A DNA stretch of 64,000 nt, taken from positions 91,158 through 155,157 of the forward strand of contig JACPPD010000007.1 in assembly GCA_016191145.1 (NCBI GenBank), in the 5' to 3' direction. The first letter of the stretch is position 1; every line of letters starts with the position of its first letter. The notes beneath the pieces were generated by a model. The model saw nothing but the letters and a program-made list of their open reading frames with translations. It was not told the DNA's origin and did not search any database. Position numbers and translations under genes: made by a program. Shown one piece after another: positions 29,369-39,793 of this stretch. Source of the stretch: Ignavibacteria bacterium (GTDB lineage: Bacteria; Bacteroidota; Ignavibacteria; Kapaibacteriales; Kapaibacteriaceae).

Positions 29369-31500
29369 TATAGATTGATCGTTGTCTGAACAAAGTATTG
29401 CCTGCCAACAAGGGCGGGGATTAATACTGGATTTAACACATCTGCAATATTGTTGATACCTACAGTAACGGTTAAATCTTTTATCATTCCGATTTCAAAT
29501 TTTCGCATTAAGGCAGTATTCCATACTATATAGCCTGCAACGTATTCATCTGGCCTATCCAGAACCTTCCTGGGGGGCTGACTCATCACAATGCCATTCT
29601 TATCGAGAGATTCATCGCCGTACTTCCCAACAAATTGTGCCCTGATATTTGCACTCCATGTACGGTCGGTGTTATCGAATTGAATCCTGAGTGTTCCGCT
29701 ATTGGCCGAACGGTTCCACAGTCCGCCATAGGCCTCACGGGTTAGCTGTTCGTTAATGGTGCCTGCCGTTCCCGCGTCGATTGCCTCCAGCACTTCTACA
29801 TCCTTTGCATCAAGGAATTGATAGCTGGCCGAAAGGCTATACGTTCCGGCTGAATTCGTAGACAGCGCCATAGTAAAACTGAATTCAACTCCTTGTGTGT
29901 AAGCCCTTGTAAGATTGCGGTATGAGTATACGCTTCGATTGTCAATGGTACCGTAGAGGTAGTACTCAATAAGATTATACAGGTTGTTTCTAAACAATCG
30001 TAGCGAGGCGTTGTACAAAATCGTTAAATCAGGCGACAAGTCACGCTGACCATCCTCATATCGAATTCCGAGATCGTACGAAACACTCCGTTCGGCTTCC
30101 AGTGTAGTGCCTAGGCGTGCTGCTCCAATCAAATCGTAACCAGCGCCGGGAAGTCTGTTGGAAAAATTTATATAAAGCTGACGGAAGTCCGGGGCCTTGA
30201 AGCCTGTGCCAATGGCTCCGGAGAGTCTGACGTGTTCTCCCGGTTTCCACAGTACGGCAAATCGTGGACTGAGCGCCTGACCATAAACATTGTTATTATC
30301 GAACCTGAGACTTAACACATAGGAAATCCAGTCGTTGGGTAAGCCTTCCCATTGTGCAAAACCAACACCTGTTCTGTACAACGGTCGTCCGCCGGAACTG
30401 TCGGAATCTGCATAACGAGTGCCGTAAATGTCGTCGTATAAAAATTCACCCCCTAACGTCATCCTGTTTGATTCGCCAAACAGCAAATCGTACTGGGCAT
30501 AGGTTCGAAAAATTCTTCGCGTTAAGTCGTCGAGAGCACTTCCGCTGCCTTGAGAAACATCGAAGTTATAACGTTCCTGATAAGACGAAGCATAGGTGTT
30601 CAGCCTGAGCCGTGCCCGTCCGGCAGTCCATTCAACGCCAGAGTTGGCTGAGAGATCCCACTGTTGCACGCTGCCCGAATTTGTGGCAACCTGACCCAGT
30701 ACACTCTCGACAAACTCGCCTCTTGATTCCGATACGAAGCCACGCAGCCACGTCAAGAGTTTCCAGTGTTTATCTATCCGCCAGAGAACTTTTGCCTGTG
30801 CGGTTCCATCCTGAAACCCGGAGTAGGGAAACTGAAGTGTGTCGTATTGAACGGAAAACGGCTGCGACCTTTTATAATCGATAAACGACGTTAATTCTAC
30901 GTCGGACGAACCAAAACCTAATTCACTGCGGATTTCCGACGGTCCGTTTGTCAACGTCTGTAATAGCACACTGCCACTGAATCCGTCCCGAGGCGTTTCT
31001 GTAATTATGTTTATAACTCCTGCCAAAGCTTCGCTGCCGTACATACTAGACATTGGACCCTTTACAACTTCGACACGGTCGATGTTGCCCACAGAGATTC
31101 TTGTTAAGTCAATCACTCCCGCTATGCGGCCAATCACTGGCTGACCGTCGATGAGAATAAGCGTATAGTCGGGACTTAGTCCATTCATTTGAATACCCGG
31201 CCGAATGCCGCCTTGCAGCAGCAATCCGGGCTGCTCTTTCAGCAAGTCACCGAGACCAACCATTGAAGTCGTCTTTATCTGCTGCTGATCTATCAGCTCT
31301 ATCCTCACTGGCGAGTCCTTAAGACGAACAGTATTGCGGGTACCCGTAACAACTACCTGCCGGGCTAATACGCTTCGAATACTGTCAGACGCTCTGTGAG
31401 CAGTCAATGAGTCGGGTACATCGGAAAACGCTTCCATAGCAAACGAAGTCAATGAAAACGCGCAGATGATAAATTGTACAAGTATGTTACGCAGCATCAA
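29365..31500 (-). CDS. TonB-dependent outer-membrane receptor
   Basis: Signal peptide, then a plug domain (VVVTGTRNTVRLKDSPVRIELI...IDRVEVVKGPMSSMYGSEALAGVINIIT), about 600 aa of beta-barrel with alternating aromatic pattern, and a terminal aromatic residue. Confidence 0.85.
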   Translation of the reverse strand: MMLRNILVQFIICAFSLTSFAMEAFSDVPDSLTAHRASDSIRSVLARQVVVTGTRNTVRLKDSPVRIELIDQQQIKTTSMVGLGDLLKEQPGLLLQGGIRPGIQMNGLSPDYTLILIDGQPVIGRIAGVIDLTRISVGNIDRVEVVKGPMSSMYGSEALAGVINIITETPRDGFSGSVLLQTLTNGPSEIRSELGFGSSDVELTSFIDYKRSQPFSVQYDTLQFPYSGFQDGTAQAKVLWRIDKHWKLLTWLRGFVSESRGEFVESVLGQVATNSGSVQQWDLSANSGVEWTAGRARLRLNTYASSYQERYNFDVSQGSGSALDDLTRRIFRTYAQYDLLFGESNRMTLGGEFLYDDIYGTRYADSDSSGGRPLYRTGVGFAQWEGLPNDWISYVLSLRFDNNNVYGQALSPRFAVLWKPGEHVRLSGAIGTGFKAPDFRQLYINFSNRLPGAGYDLIGAARLGTTLEAERSVSYDLGIRYEDGQRDLSPDLTILYNASLRLFRNNLYNLIEYYLYGTIDNRSVYSYRNLTRAYTQGVEFSFTMALSTNSAGTYSLSASYQFLDAKDVEVLEAIDAGTAGTINEQLTREAYGGLWNRSANSGTLRIQFDNTDRTWSANIRAQFVGKYGDESLDKNGIVMSQPPRKVLDRPDEYVAGYIVWNTALMRKFEIGMIKDLTVTVGINNIADVLNPVLIPALVGRQYFVQTTINLY

Positions 31501-31513
31501 AAAGCATTAGCTA

Positions 31514-34500
31514 TCAGGGCATCCAGGCAATTGAATAGGCATATCGTTGAGTTGGTGAGTCTACAATTACATGATATAGTCCACTGGCCGCCTGAGTCAT
31601 ATTCAGCCTGATAAGTATGTCGGACTCTTCAGCCAAGCCGCGAATACCAACATCTTCCCTGATTATGCGACCTTCCACGGAAACAATGCGAACAATAAAC
31701 GATCCGGGCTCACCGCCGGAAATCAATACATCGATAGCGCCTGACGATGGTTTGGGCAGAACTAACACATTTGTTGGTGGGAAGAGTTTAAACATACGTT
31801 GAGGCAGACCACACCCAGTAATATAAAGTTCACCGGGAGTAGACTTAGGTGTGGGGCAGACAACATCTGTCCACTCAACATCTTCCCACACCAAGGTGCC
31901 AACGTCATCTTTTCCTAAAAGTGTCATTCCACGCACTTCGGTAATTTTCTGACGTTTTGTAACGATAAGTAAATCATTAAACGTCAGGTAGGCGCGGCGC
32001 TCATTGTTTCTCAACCCTGGAACGAGTGTACCCCTATCGGTACTCTGCGGAATGAACAAATCTGCCTGCATTATCAGTGTGGCTTTTAGTTTTGAGACAC
32101 GCAATGGCAGTAGTTCTTGTGCCACATCAACGTAGATTGGAATGCCTGCGCTTCGCTCACCCACGTTGGCCGTAACGGAGCCTGCGACGATCCGAACACT
32201 TGCAGTATCAATTACCGTTACTGTTAAATACTTTGTTTCGGTGCATCCCAGAGCATCAACACCAATCACTTGATACACCGTAGTCACCTGCGGCGCTGCT
32301 ATTGGATTAGAGCTGGAAACATCACTCAATCCATCAGGCGGATCCCACCTATATGATGCTGCACCGGTAGCAAGCAATTCTACCTGTGAGCCAAAACAAA
32401 TACTTGTATCACGTGAAAGTGTTAGATCGAGGTTTGAGACGAACACGGTAACGGAGTCGATAGCTGTACATGAACCGTTTGTGGCTGTAAGAGTATACGT
32501 TGTGGTTGTTGCTGGTGAAGCAATCGGCGAGAGAATGAACGGATCACTTAAACCAGCAGTAGGTCGCCACTCGTAGCGCTCTGCGCTTCCTGTAGACGAC
32601 AATCGAATGGATGCCCCCTTACAAAGCTCCAAATTAGCGCCTGCATCGATGAGCGGCGATGGTGTTACCGAAATGGTGATCGTATCGAAAGTTGAACATC
32701 CGGCACTTGTGCGCGCTTCTGCAATGTATGTTGTTGTCACTGTCGGCGAAGCAATGACTGTCCTTCCGGTATCGCTGCTAAGACCGGCTGATGGCGACCA
32801 CAGAACTGTGGGCGTACCTGTAGATGCATAGAGAGACGTCGACATTCCCAGGCACAGATCTGTGTTCGGTGACTGAACTTCGATAGGTGAAGCCTCATTA
32901 ACCTTAATCGTAATCACAGAGGTATCGGAACATGAGCCAGCCTTGCCAATCACTCTGATCCTCGATTCACTAAATAATATTACAACTGCAGAATCGCCAA
33001 CGGCCTGAATAATTCCGTTGCCACTCCAGGAATAATCAGTTGCATTGCCGCTTGCATAAATAACGAAGCGCTCACCGGAACAGACAACTGCAGGGCCGGA
33101 AAGCGTTGTCTGTACAGATTCAACTACTGTTACAACAACTGTGTCGGAAACAACGCAACTATCGACTCGCATCGTAACCACATACGATGTTGTTTGCGTT
33201 GGCTTAGCTATTGGGTTAGCAATATTGGGATTGCTTAATCCAGTGGCAGGCGCCCACTGATACGATGCTGCTCCAGAGGCAGTCAGCACCACCGAATCGC
33301 CGTTACAGACAGAGAGATCGGGTCCAACAGAAGGACTGGTAACCGTAACCACAACGAAAGCTGTATCGAAACAACCCTCTGCAGATGTTCCAATAACCCT
33401 GTATTTCGTTGTTGTCAGGGGGCTTGCAGTGGGTGCCGCAGATGTTGAATTCGAAAGTCCGGCGGCAGGAGACCACACATACGACTGAGCGCCACTTGCC
33501 GTTAGCTTTACAGATCCACCCTTACATATCCGCGAATTTCCAGTAACGCTAACCTGGGGTGGAAAGAGGACTCGCACCCATGTAGTTACGGTATCGCTTC
33601 CGTACAAGTTTGATACAATCAGAGTGACTGGAAATGAGCCGGCCGAATTGTAACAAATTTTAGGAGAACGCTCCCTCGACGTCGAAGGATTTCCTCCAGG
33701 CGTCTGCCAGTACCACGAATCAATGAATCCCTTGCTGTCATCTACAAGGCGAAGGCATTCGCCTATACAGGTCGATAATTCCTGAATCCTCGCTATGGGC
33801 TTTCTGCAAGCGCCATCACCTGGCCTGAACTGTAAAAGCATACTGCCGGGGAAGTTTGGAAGGCCCGCTCTGACTTCGCCAATAAGGACAACGGCAGAAT
33901 CCTGCAAGCCCGGACTAGGCATGGAAGGCGTGTTGAAACGAGCCAATATGTTTGTGCCGGGGCGGCCAATATAGATTTTAGCGTCGGGGCCAAGCTGCAG
34001 CGGCATCCACCCCTCCGAACTACCAAACCATGCTACGGATTCCTTCGATGACAGTATCACGCTTGGATCGTCTGAGTCAACAAACCACCTGTAGATCGTT
34101 GAGCCCTGTGCGGGATATTCAGTGGTAACGGCTGTGTATACGTACTTGTTATCGATGGAAAAAGACGCACCATAATGTGTGCCTATTCTGGTTCCGTTGA
34201 AAAGGTCGACCTGATCGTAAACAACACCGGTTGCACGATCTACATTGAACAGTAACGACAAACCCGAAGACGAAGTGATAACAAGTTTTGAACCGCTTGG
34301 CGATGTTTGCATCTGGCCGGCATCGCGGATATCGTAACCATTTTTAATAACAGATACCACCGGTATCTTTGAAATGCCTGCTGATGTTAAGTGAAACGAA
34401 ACGAATGCAGGGATATTTCTCTTTCGGGCTATGATCCACCAGCCGCCCCCTTCACAATCGGGTGTGGCTGTTACATGTTCGGTTATATCATCTTCCAAAA

Positions 34501-35044
34501 TCTCATTTTTAACAACTACGTCGCCATACCCATCTTCGCGGCGCATATCAACAATCGAGTATTTAAGACAAAAACATCTACCGTTAATGTTGCTCGAAGT
34601 AATTGGAGCTGGGTTAACAACAATGTAACTAAATGTATTTCCTGGCATTGGAAGAATAAGGGCGCTTTGCGACGTCGATTTATCTCCATGCAATCCTGTG
34701 CCATTCGGCATTGGATTGTGTAGCCGGTTCCAAATTGTTACGCCATCGGTATAAAACAGCATTTCACCATTTGACAGGCGAGATATCGTAGCGCTGCCTT
34801 CAAAGGTATTGATCTGCCCACCCGTTAGCACTTCCGGATCGCCGTCGAGAAACGTGATTCCGGCGTTGGCGCCGAAGTACCAATTCTTGGCAAGATTCTG
34901 CGCTTCTGCACGCTGCGCAATTACAAGCACGCAGGCAGCGGTGATGCAAAAAACCACCCCGAGGCATAAACGCCCCTTTCCCCCTGAATCATATAGGGTT
35001 ACCCTTTGCACTACAATGTTGGAATTTACACTAAAAGGCGACAC
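31514..35044 (-). CDS. large secreted protein: N-terminal beta-rich domain + ~8 Ig-like repeats + T9SS C-terminal domain
   Basis: Signal peptide (CLGVVFCITAACVLVIAQRAEA), then a ~400-aa N-terminal domain (NWYFGANAGITFLDG...LFYTDG). Repeats of ~80 aa follow (C.GGSV.LTASGA.SY.W.PA.GLS...A.P..TT.Y.V.G....GC.DT..V.V). The C-terminus (DVLISGGEPGSFIVRIVSVEGRIIRE...ASGLYHVIVDS) fits the T9SS CTD. Confidence 0.75.
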   Translation of the reverse strand: MSPFSVNSNIVVQRVTLYDSGGKGRLCLGVVFCITAACVLVIAQRAEAQNLAKNWYFGANAGITFLDGDPEVLTGGQINTFEGSATISRLSNGEMLFYTDGVTIWNRLHNPMPNGTGLHGDKSTSQSALILPMPGNTFSYIVVNPAPITSSNINGRCFCLKYSIVDMRREDGYGDVVVKNEILEDDITEHVTATPDCEGGGWWIIARKRNIPAFVSFHLTSAGISKIPVVSVIKNGYDIRDAGQMQTSPSGSKLVITSSSGLSLLFNVDRATGVVYDQVDLFNGTRIGTHYGASFSIDNKYVYTAVTTEYPAQGSTIYRWFVDSDDPSVILSSKESVAWFGSSEGWMPLQLGPDAKIYIGRPGTNILARFNTPSMPSPGLQDSAVVLIGEVRAGLPNFPGSMLLQFRPGDGACRKPIARIQELSTCIGECLRLVDDSKGFIDSWYWQTPGGNPSTSRERSPKICYNSAGSFPVTLIVSNLYGSDTVTTWVRVLFPPQVSVTGNSRICKGGSVKLTASGAQSYVWSPAAGLSNSTSAAPTASPLTTTKYRVIGTSAEGCFDTAFVVVTVTSPSVGPDLSVCNGDSVVLTASGAASYQWAPATGLSNPNIANPIAKPTQTTSYVVTMRVDSCVVSDTVVVTVVESVQTTLSGPAVVCSGERFVIYASGNATDYSWSGNGIIQAVGDSAVVILFSESRIRVIGKAGSCSDTSVITIKVNEASPIEVQSPNTDLCLGMSTSLYASTGTPTVLWSPSAGLSSDTGRTVIASPTVTTTYIAEARTSAGCSTFDTITISVTPSPLIDAGANLELCKGASIRLSSTGSAERYEWRPTAGLSDPFILSPIASPATTTTYTLTATNGSCTAIDSVTVFVSNLDLTLSRDTSICFGSQVELLATGAASYRWDPPDGLSDVSSSNPIAAPQVTTVYQVIGVDALGCTETKYLTVTVIDTASVRIVAGSVTANVGERSAGIPIYVDVAQELLPLRVSKLKATLIMQADLFIPQSTDRGTLVPGLRNNERRAYLTFNDLLIVTKRQKITEVRGMTLLGKDDVGTLVWEDVEWTDVVCPTPKSTPGELYITGCGLPQRMFKLFPPTNVLVLPKPSSGAIDVLISGGEPGSFIVRIVSVEGRIIREDVGIRGLAEESDILIRLNMTQAASGLYHVIVDSPTQRYAYSIAWMP

Positions 35045-35133
35045 ATTCTCAACCTATGTAATGTGTTTTTTACTCAAATGTGAACACCCTATTACCCTAG
35101 ATTTGCCAAGGCACAAGCCACATAAAGGACTAG

Positions 35134-35838
35134 ATGGAAAAGAAGATTTTAGTTGTCGACGACGAGCAAGACATCGTTGACCTCATCTCTTACAACCTAG
35201 GCAAGGAAGGCTACAAGGTTTTCACAGCATCGAATGGCACAAAGGCTGTGGAAGTGGCTACGGCACTGCATCCCGATCTGGTGATCCTCGACATCATGAT
35301 GCCGGGTATGGACGGCTTTGACGTGTGCCGTACTCTTCGTAGGAATGCATCAACGCAGTCCGTAGCAATCATGTTTTTAACTGCAAAATCCGGGGAAATT
35401 GATCAGATACTTGGCCTGGAGCTTGGCGCCGACGACTATATTCAAAAGCCAATCAGTCCGCGGGTTTTAATTGCGCGTGTGAAAACGATTTTGAGAAGAG
35501 GCACGGAAACGGTTCGAACGGAAACGATTGCAGCTCCGGAAATACTGCAGATTGGCGCACTGGAAATCAACCGACAGAACTATACCATCCGCGTCGATAA
35601 AAAGGAAATATTCTTTCCTAAAAAAGAATTCGAACTGCTAGCCTTTCTTGCTGCTAATACTGGCAAAGTATTTTCGCGCGAATCGCTTCTCCGACGGATA
35701 TGGGGAGAAAGCGTCTATGTTATCGATAGAACGGTTGATGTTCACATATCAAAAATTCGCGAAAAAATTGCCCCTTATAGCAGTTGGATAGAAACAGTTA
35801 AAGGTGTTGGTTATCGTTTCAGAGAGCAACTCTCATAA
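35134..35838 (+). CDS. two-component response regulator, OmpR/PhoB family
   Basis: Receiver domain (ILVVDDEQDIV...LDIMMPGMDGF) and winged-helix output (SRESLLRRIWGESVYVIDRTVDVHISKIREKI...VKGVGYRF). Confidence 0.9.
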   Translation: MEKKILVVDDEQDIVDLISYNLGKEGYKVFTASNGTKAVEVATALHPDLVILDIMMPGMDGFDVCRTLRRNASTQSVAIMFLTAKSGEIDQILGLELGADDYIQKPISPRVLIARVKTILRRGTETVRTETIAAPEILQIGALEINRQNYTIRVDKKEIFFPKKEFELLAFLAANTGKVFSRESLLRRIWGESVYVIDRTVDVHISKIREKIAPYSSWIETVKGVGYRFREQLS

Positions 35839-35847
35839 CTTGCATAC

Positions 35848-36933
35848 ATGTCGGTGCTTTCCCGTAAGCAGCCTTTTCATCGCGTCTCAGTAATCTGGAC
35901 CGCCATTGCTATATCGGCTGTTGTGCTGCTGTTCCTTGCAGTTGCCGGAGTGTATACTCCAAATATTGCAGCACAGTTTGGCGCTCTGCGCCTTGCGGCT
36001 CTGATTGTAAGCATTGTCCTGATTGGATTTGGAATTCATTGGGCACACATACGCTCATTGGAGCGGCGTGTGCTGCATCCACTGCAACGGGTAGCAGACA
36101 TCACACAGGCAATTGTTGATGGTGCAGTGTCGGGTCAGATAGATCTTGATAAGGACACCGTTCAGGATGTTGTAATAGTGTCGGAGGCAGTGAATAGGCT
36201 TGCACAAAAGGCTACTCGCGACGTTTCCGAAATGAAGCGCCTCGAGCGCGTCAGGAGTGAGTTTATCGGCAACGTTTCGCATGAATTGCGTACACCAATA
36301 TTCAGCGTCCAAGGCTACCTTGAAACCTTGCTGGACGGCGCCATAGACGACGCCAACGTTAGCAGGCAATTTTTAGAGAAGGCTTATCAGAATGCACTGA
36401 GATTAAATGCACTTCTTAGCGATCTGATAGATATATCGCGAATCGAAAGTGGTGAACTGCGTTTGTCGTTTCGGTATTTCGATATCGCAGATGTATTAAA
36501 AGAGGTTGTCCAGACAATGGAAATCAGGAGCCTGCAAAAAAACGTTCACATTGCAATCGACGTTGAGCCGAATGCGGACTTAACTGTGTACGGCGATAAA
36601 GAACGACTAACGCAGGTGATGACGAATCTGATAGACAATGCAATTAAGTATAGCGTAGAAAAGGGATTTGTAACAGTTAAAGCCTTCAGACACGATGGCC
36701 ACGTAAGGATATCCGTTAGTGACAATGGCATTGGCATTGCGCCAGAGCATCATCCAAGAGTGTTTGAACGGTTCTATCGCGTAGATCGGGACAGATCGAG
36801 GGCAGTGGGTGGAACCGGACTCGGTTTGGCGATTGTTAAACATATTTTGGAAGCGCACCAAGCACCAATTACTCTTCACAGTGAGCAAGGGGCTGGAACA
36901 ACGATAAGCTTCGAGTTGAAGGCAGCTACCTGA
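35848..36933 (+). CDS. two-component sensor histidine kinase
   Basis: Two N-terminal TM helices, an H-box (FIGNVSHELRTPI) and an HATPase_c domain with N and G1/G2 boxes (LIDNAIKYS, DNGIGI, GGTGLGLAIV). Confidence 0.85.
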   Translation: MSVLSRKQPFHRVSVIWTAIAISAVVLLFLAVAGVYTPNIAAQFGALRLAALIVSIVLIGFGIHWAHIRSLERRVLHPLQRVADITQAIVDGAVSGQIDLDKDTVQDVVIVSEAVNRLAQKATRDVSEMKRLERVRSEFIGNVSHELRTPIFSVQGYLETLLDGAIDDANVSRQFLEKAYQNALRLNALLSDLIDISRIESGELRLSFRYFDIADVLKEVVQTMEIRSLQKNVHIAIDVEPNADLTVYGDKERLTQVMTNLIDNAIKYSVEKGFVTVKAFRHDGHVRISVSDNGIGIAPEHHPRVFERFYRVDRDRSRAVGGTGLGLAIVKHILEAHQAPITLHSEQGAGTTISFELKAAT

Positions 36934-39793
36934 TTACGGTTATACGCTCGGGTAGAATGGTCTGGCTGGTTCGCATTGTAAGAGTATAAGAACCAACGGG
37001 AACCTGCATTAAATTCACCAGGAGTGACTGACCGGACTGATACCAGCTTGCGGAATGCGTAGTCCCATGAATGTCAATAAGATTACAATCGTCTATTTGA
37101 ATGCCAACTTCAAGTCCAATCATTACGTGCGTCGCCGCCGGCTGAGGATACACAACATGTACAGCCTGAGTTTGGTCGGTTACCGACGTCAACTGCTCAA
37201 TTGAGAAATCGTCAAAATAAAATCCGTCAGACTGCTTGGTGACATTCGACCTGAACCTCAAACGGAACAGAAGAGTGTCGCGTACTACCAATTCACGCCC
37301 TGTTATCCTGGCCGTCCCATATCGCCATGCATCGTCACCCTTTGTTGTGTCTGCCCAGCGATCATCGAGCGATGAGTTCCACCATGCTAGTACGCTCCAT
37401 TTACCATCGAAACCATATCCAGATTTTGTTTCCAAGAACATTGTATCACCTGGATCGATAAATGCAGCAACGCGCCACGAGAGTATTACATCATTTCCTT
37501 CCGTGGAAGGAAATGGTTCGGAAAATGGGTAGAGATAGACGGTGTCTTTGGATGATCGCGCGTAAGGTCCGACGGAAGAATCGGTGTACGATGCCGGCTC
37601 GGAGAAATAAAAATTGTTAGTTGTGTCCCATGATCCTTTAGTGACAAGGTATCTGGGCTTGGCACTGAAATTTTCAAAGTAGTTGGCTAGGCTGCCAGCA
37701 TACACAACAGTAGTATCTGAGAAGGGAGAGCTATTGCTCTCATCGTCGACAACAGCAGAGCTGATTCTATACCAACCACGTTCGCCAACATATACATTAA
37801 ACGTAATTGTCCTGCCGGTATCACTCGGTTCAACATCAAAATCGAATACAAACGAATTCGCCCGAATCCGGATAGTATCAAGATTTACGAGTTTGGTAAC
37901 GCCATCGAGCCGCGTAGTGGGGATGGTTAATACCACTGTTACAGAATCAAGTTCGCTACCGTTCGCAGACATGACGGTGGGAATGCCCGGCAATTTGGAT
38001 CCACCAGCAAATGCAGAAGCATAACGAGGTGAACTGACAGATGGCCCGGAAGCGGCAACGAGTTTGTATTGATATTCAGAGTACCTTACAAGACCAGTAT
38101 CTTTCCATGATAGGATGGAGACCGGAGTTTGAAAAACTGAATCTCCATCACGATAGATGATAAAAAACGTGTTTGCTGAGTCAAGGGGCTGGCCAAACGA
38201 TCGCTGCGTAATAGCACTCCACTCCAGCAATATCGATGTTGGCTCATCAGCTAATGTTGTTGCTGTAAACTCCGCGGGTGGTTCGGGTGCATCAACCGGT
38301 ATCACGCTTGTATAGACGTCGTTGTCTGATTTGTTCGATGGAGTCACATTCCGCATGTCAACCCACGACGGATAAATACGCCCCTTATAAAAATCACATC
38401 CGCTATAGTCACCAGCAAAGGTGTTTCCCTGGAAAGGATTCTGACGCAGATCATTTATTCCATCGCCAACCAGCCTGTCCGTCCAGTTGCTTCCGCCGTC
38501 AGACGTGTAGCTGACGTAGCTGTTTACGAGAAGGTTTTGTGCATCATTCCTACTATCAAGGTACATAACTGCCACATCGCCATTAGTCGGATCTAGCGCA
38601 ATCCACGGCCAAAATTGATCGTTAGTTGTATCGGAATGAACAATCCGAGGAGACGACCATGTTTGGCCATTATCCGTCGAGCGTGAAAAGTAAACATTTG
38701 GATAATTATCGGCAGCCCAGCACAAATACAGCCATCCATTTCGTGAACCGCCAGTGTTGTCGATAACAAGTGTCGGATACGCTTCAGCGCGAACAACTCC
38801 CTTTACACGCGAATTAGTCTGCTTGCTGATTTCGATCTTTTCGCCGAACGGCTGATAGGTGTGGATTATCTCAGGTTGAGTCCACGACGCACCTCCATCC
38901 GAAGACCGCGCGTACCGTATAGCACTCTCCGTCCCGCTGTTCCACACTACATGTACATTTCCATTGGGTGCCGTTCGTGCAAGTGGAAAACTCTGCCCAA
39001 ATGTAGGATCATCGCTGGAGCTGGCAAATCGATTGCTGACGTTTGTTGGTGCCGACCATGTTAAACCACGGTCGGTGCTAAATGAAATTACAATCTGCGT
39101 GGATGTATCTGCATTGATAACTCGTTTCCAGGGAATGTATATCCGACCCCTATACGGCGAGGTTCTGCTGGTATCCACGTGGATGTAGTATTTATCTTCA
39201 AATGCACTATCGGCCGTTTGCTGCCCTGTGTGAATGATGACGGGCACATGCTTCGGGTTCCACGTTGCACCGGCATCGGTGGTTACCGAAACAAATACAC
39301 CATTCTCACCAAACTGCGAATTATCGACTCGGTTAAAACCGCCATAACACAAAAATCCTCGTCCCTCGTGGTCGAAGCTTACAGATGGATCGTTGCTCGA
39401 CGCCCAACCCACCCTTGCTTTCCCGAGATTAGTGTTCTGCCATGTAAGGCCTCCATCGGTGGAGTGATACGCCCACGTCGACGAACCATCGCGATAATCA
39501 ACAGCAGATGCAATCAGATGTAATGGATTGGTGGGGTTTACCGCAATTGATGATTCATTCTGTGTGGGTAGCGGGTCATCCTCTTCGATAATCGTGTTCA
39601 CATTCAGGAATAACGACGGGAATGGAACTGACTGCATCATCGGAATCATCGGTAGCTTTTGAGCCCCTTCACTTTGTTCAATGGGTGTTGGATGAGCTCG
39701 TTCAAAATTCCGTTCGTGTGGATTTACCGTCTGTGCATGGAGCAGAATTTGAACAGCCAGTAACATAACTACAGCAATAACGGCGGCTTTCAT
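36926..39793 (-). CDS. secreted BNR/sialidase-like beta-propeller protein with FN3-like region and T9SS C-terminal domain
   Basis: Signal peptide MKAAVIAVVMLLAVQILLHAQ, with the internal Met start preferred because it avoids overlap with the upstream gene. Six or more Asp-box motifs (STDGGLTW, TDAGATW, STDRGLTW, SSDGGASW, STDNGQTW, TSDGGSNW). The C-terminus (VVYPQPAATHVMIGLEV..IDIHG...GSYTL) is CTD-like. Confidence 0.7.
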   Translation of the reverse strand: MKAAVIAVVMLLAVQILLHAQTVNPHERNFERAHPTPIEQSEGAQKLPMIPMMQSVPFPSLFLNVNTIIEEDDPLPTQNESSIAVNPTNPLHLIASAVDYRDGSSTWAYHSTDGGLTWQNTNLGKARVGWASSNDPSVSFDHEGRGFLCYGGFNRVDNSQFGENGVFVSVTTDAGATWNPKHVPVIIHTGQQTADSAFEDKYYIHVDTSRTSPYRGRIYIPWKRVINADTSTQIVISFSTDRGLTWSAPTNVSNRFASSSDDPTFGQSFPLARTAPNGNVHVVWNSGTESAIRYARSSDGGASWTQPEIIHTYQPFGEKIEISKQTNSRVKGVVRAEAYPTLVIDNTGGSRNGWLYLCWAADNYPNVYFSRSTDNGQTWSSPRIVHSDTTNDQFWPWIALDPTNGDVAVMYLDSRNDAQNLLVNSYVSYTSDGGSNWTDRLVGDGINDLRQNPFQGNTFAGDYSGCDFYKGRIYPSWVDMRNVTPSNKSDNDVYTSVIPVDAPEPPAEFTATTLADEPTSILLEWSAITQRSFGQPLDSANTFFIIYRDGDSVFQTPVSILSWKDTGLVRYSEYQYKLVAASGPSVSSPRYASAFAGGSKLPGIPTVMSANGSELDSVTVVLTIPTTRLDGVTKLVNLDTIRIRANSFVFDFDVEPSDTGRTITFNVYVGERGWYRISSAVVDDESNSSPFSDTTVVYAGSLANYFENFSAKPRYLVTKGSWDTTNNFYFSEPASYTDSSVGPYARSSKDTVYLYPFSEPFPSTEGNDVILSWRVAAFIDPGDTMFLETKSGYGFDGKWSVLAWWNSSLDDRWADTTKGDDAWRYGTARITGRELVVRDTLLFRLRFRSNVTKQSDGFYFDDFSIEQLTSVTDQTQAVHVVYPQPAATHVMIGLEVGIQIDDCNLIDIHGTTHSASWYQSGQSLLVNLMQVPVGSYTLTMRTSQTILPERITVIR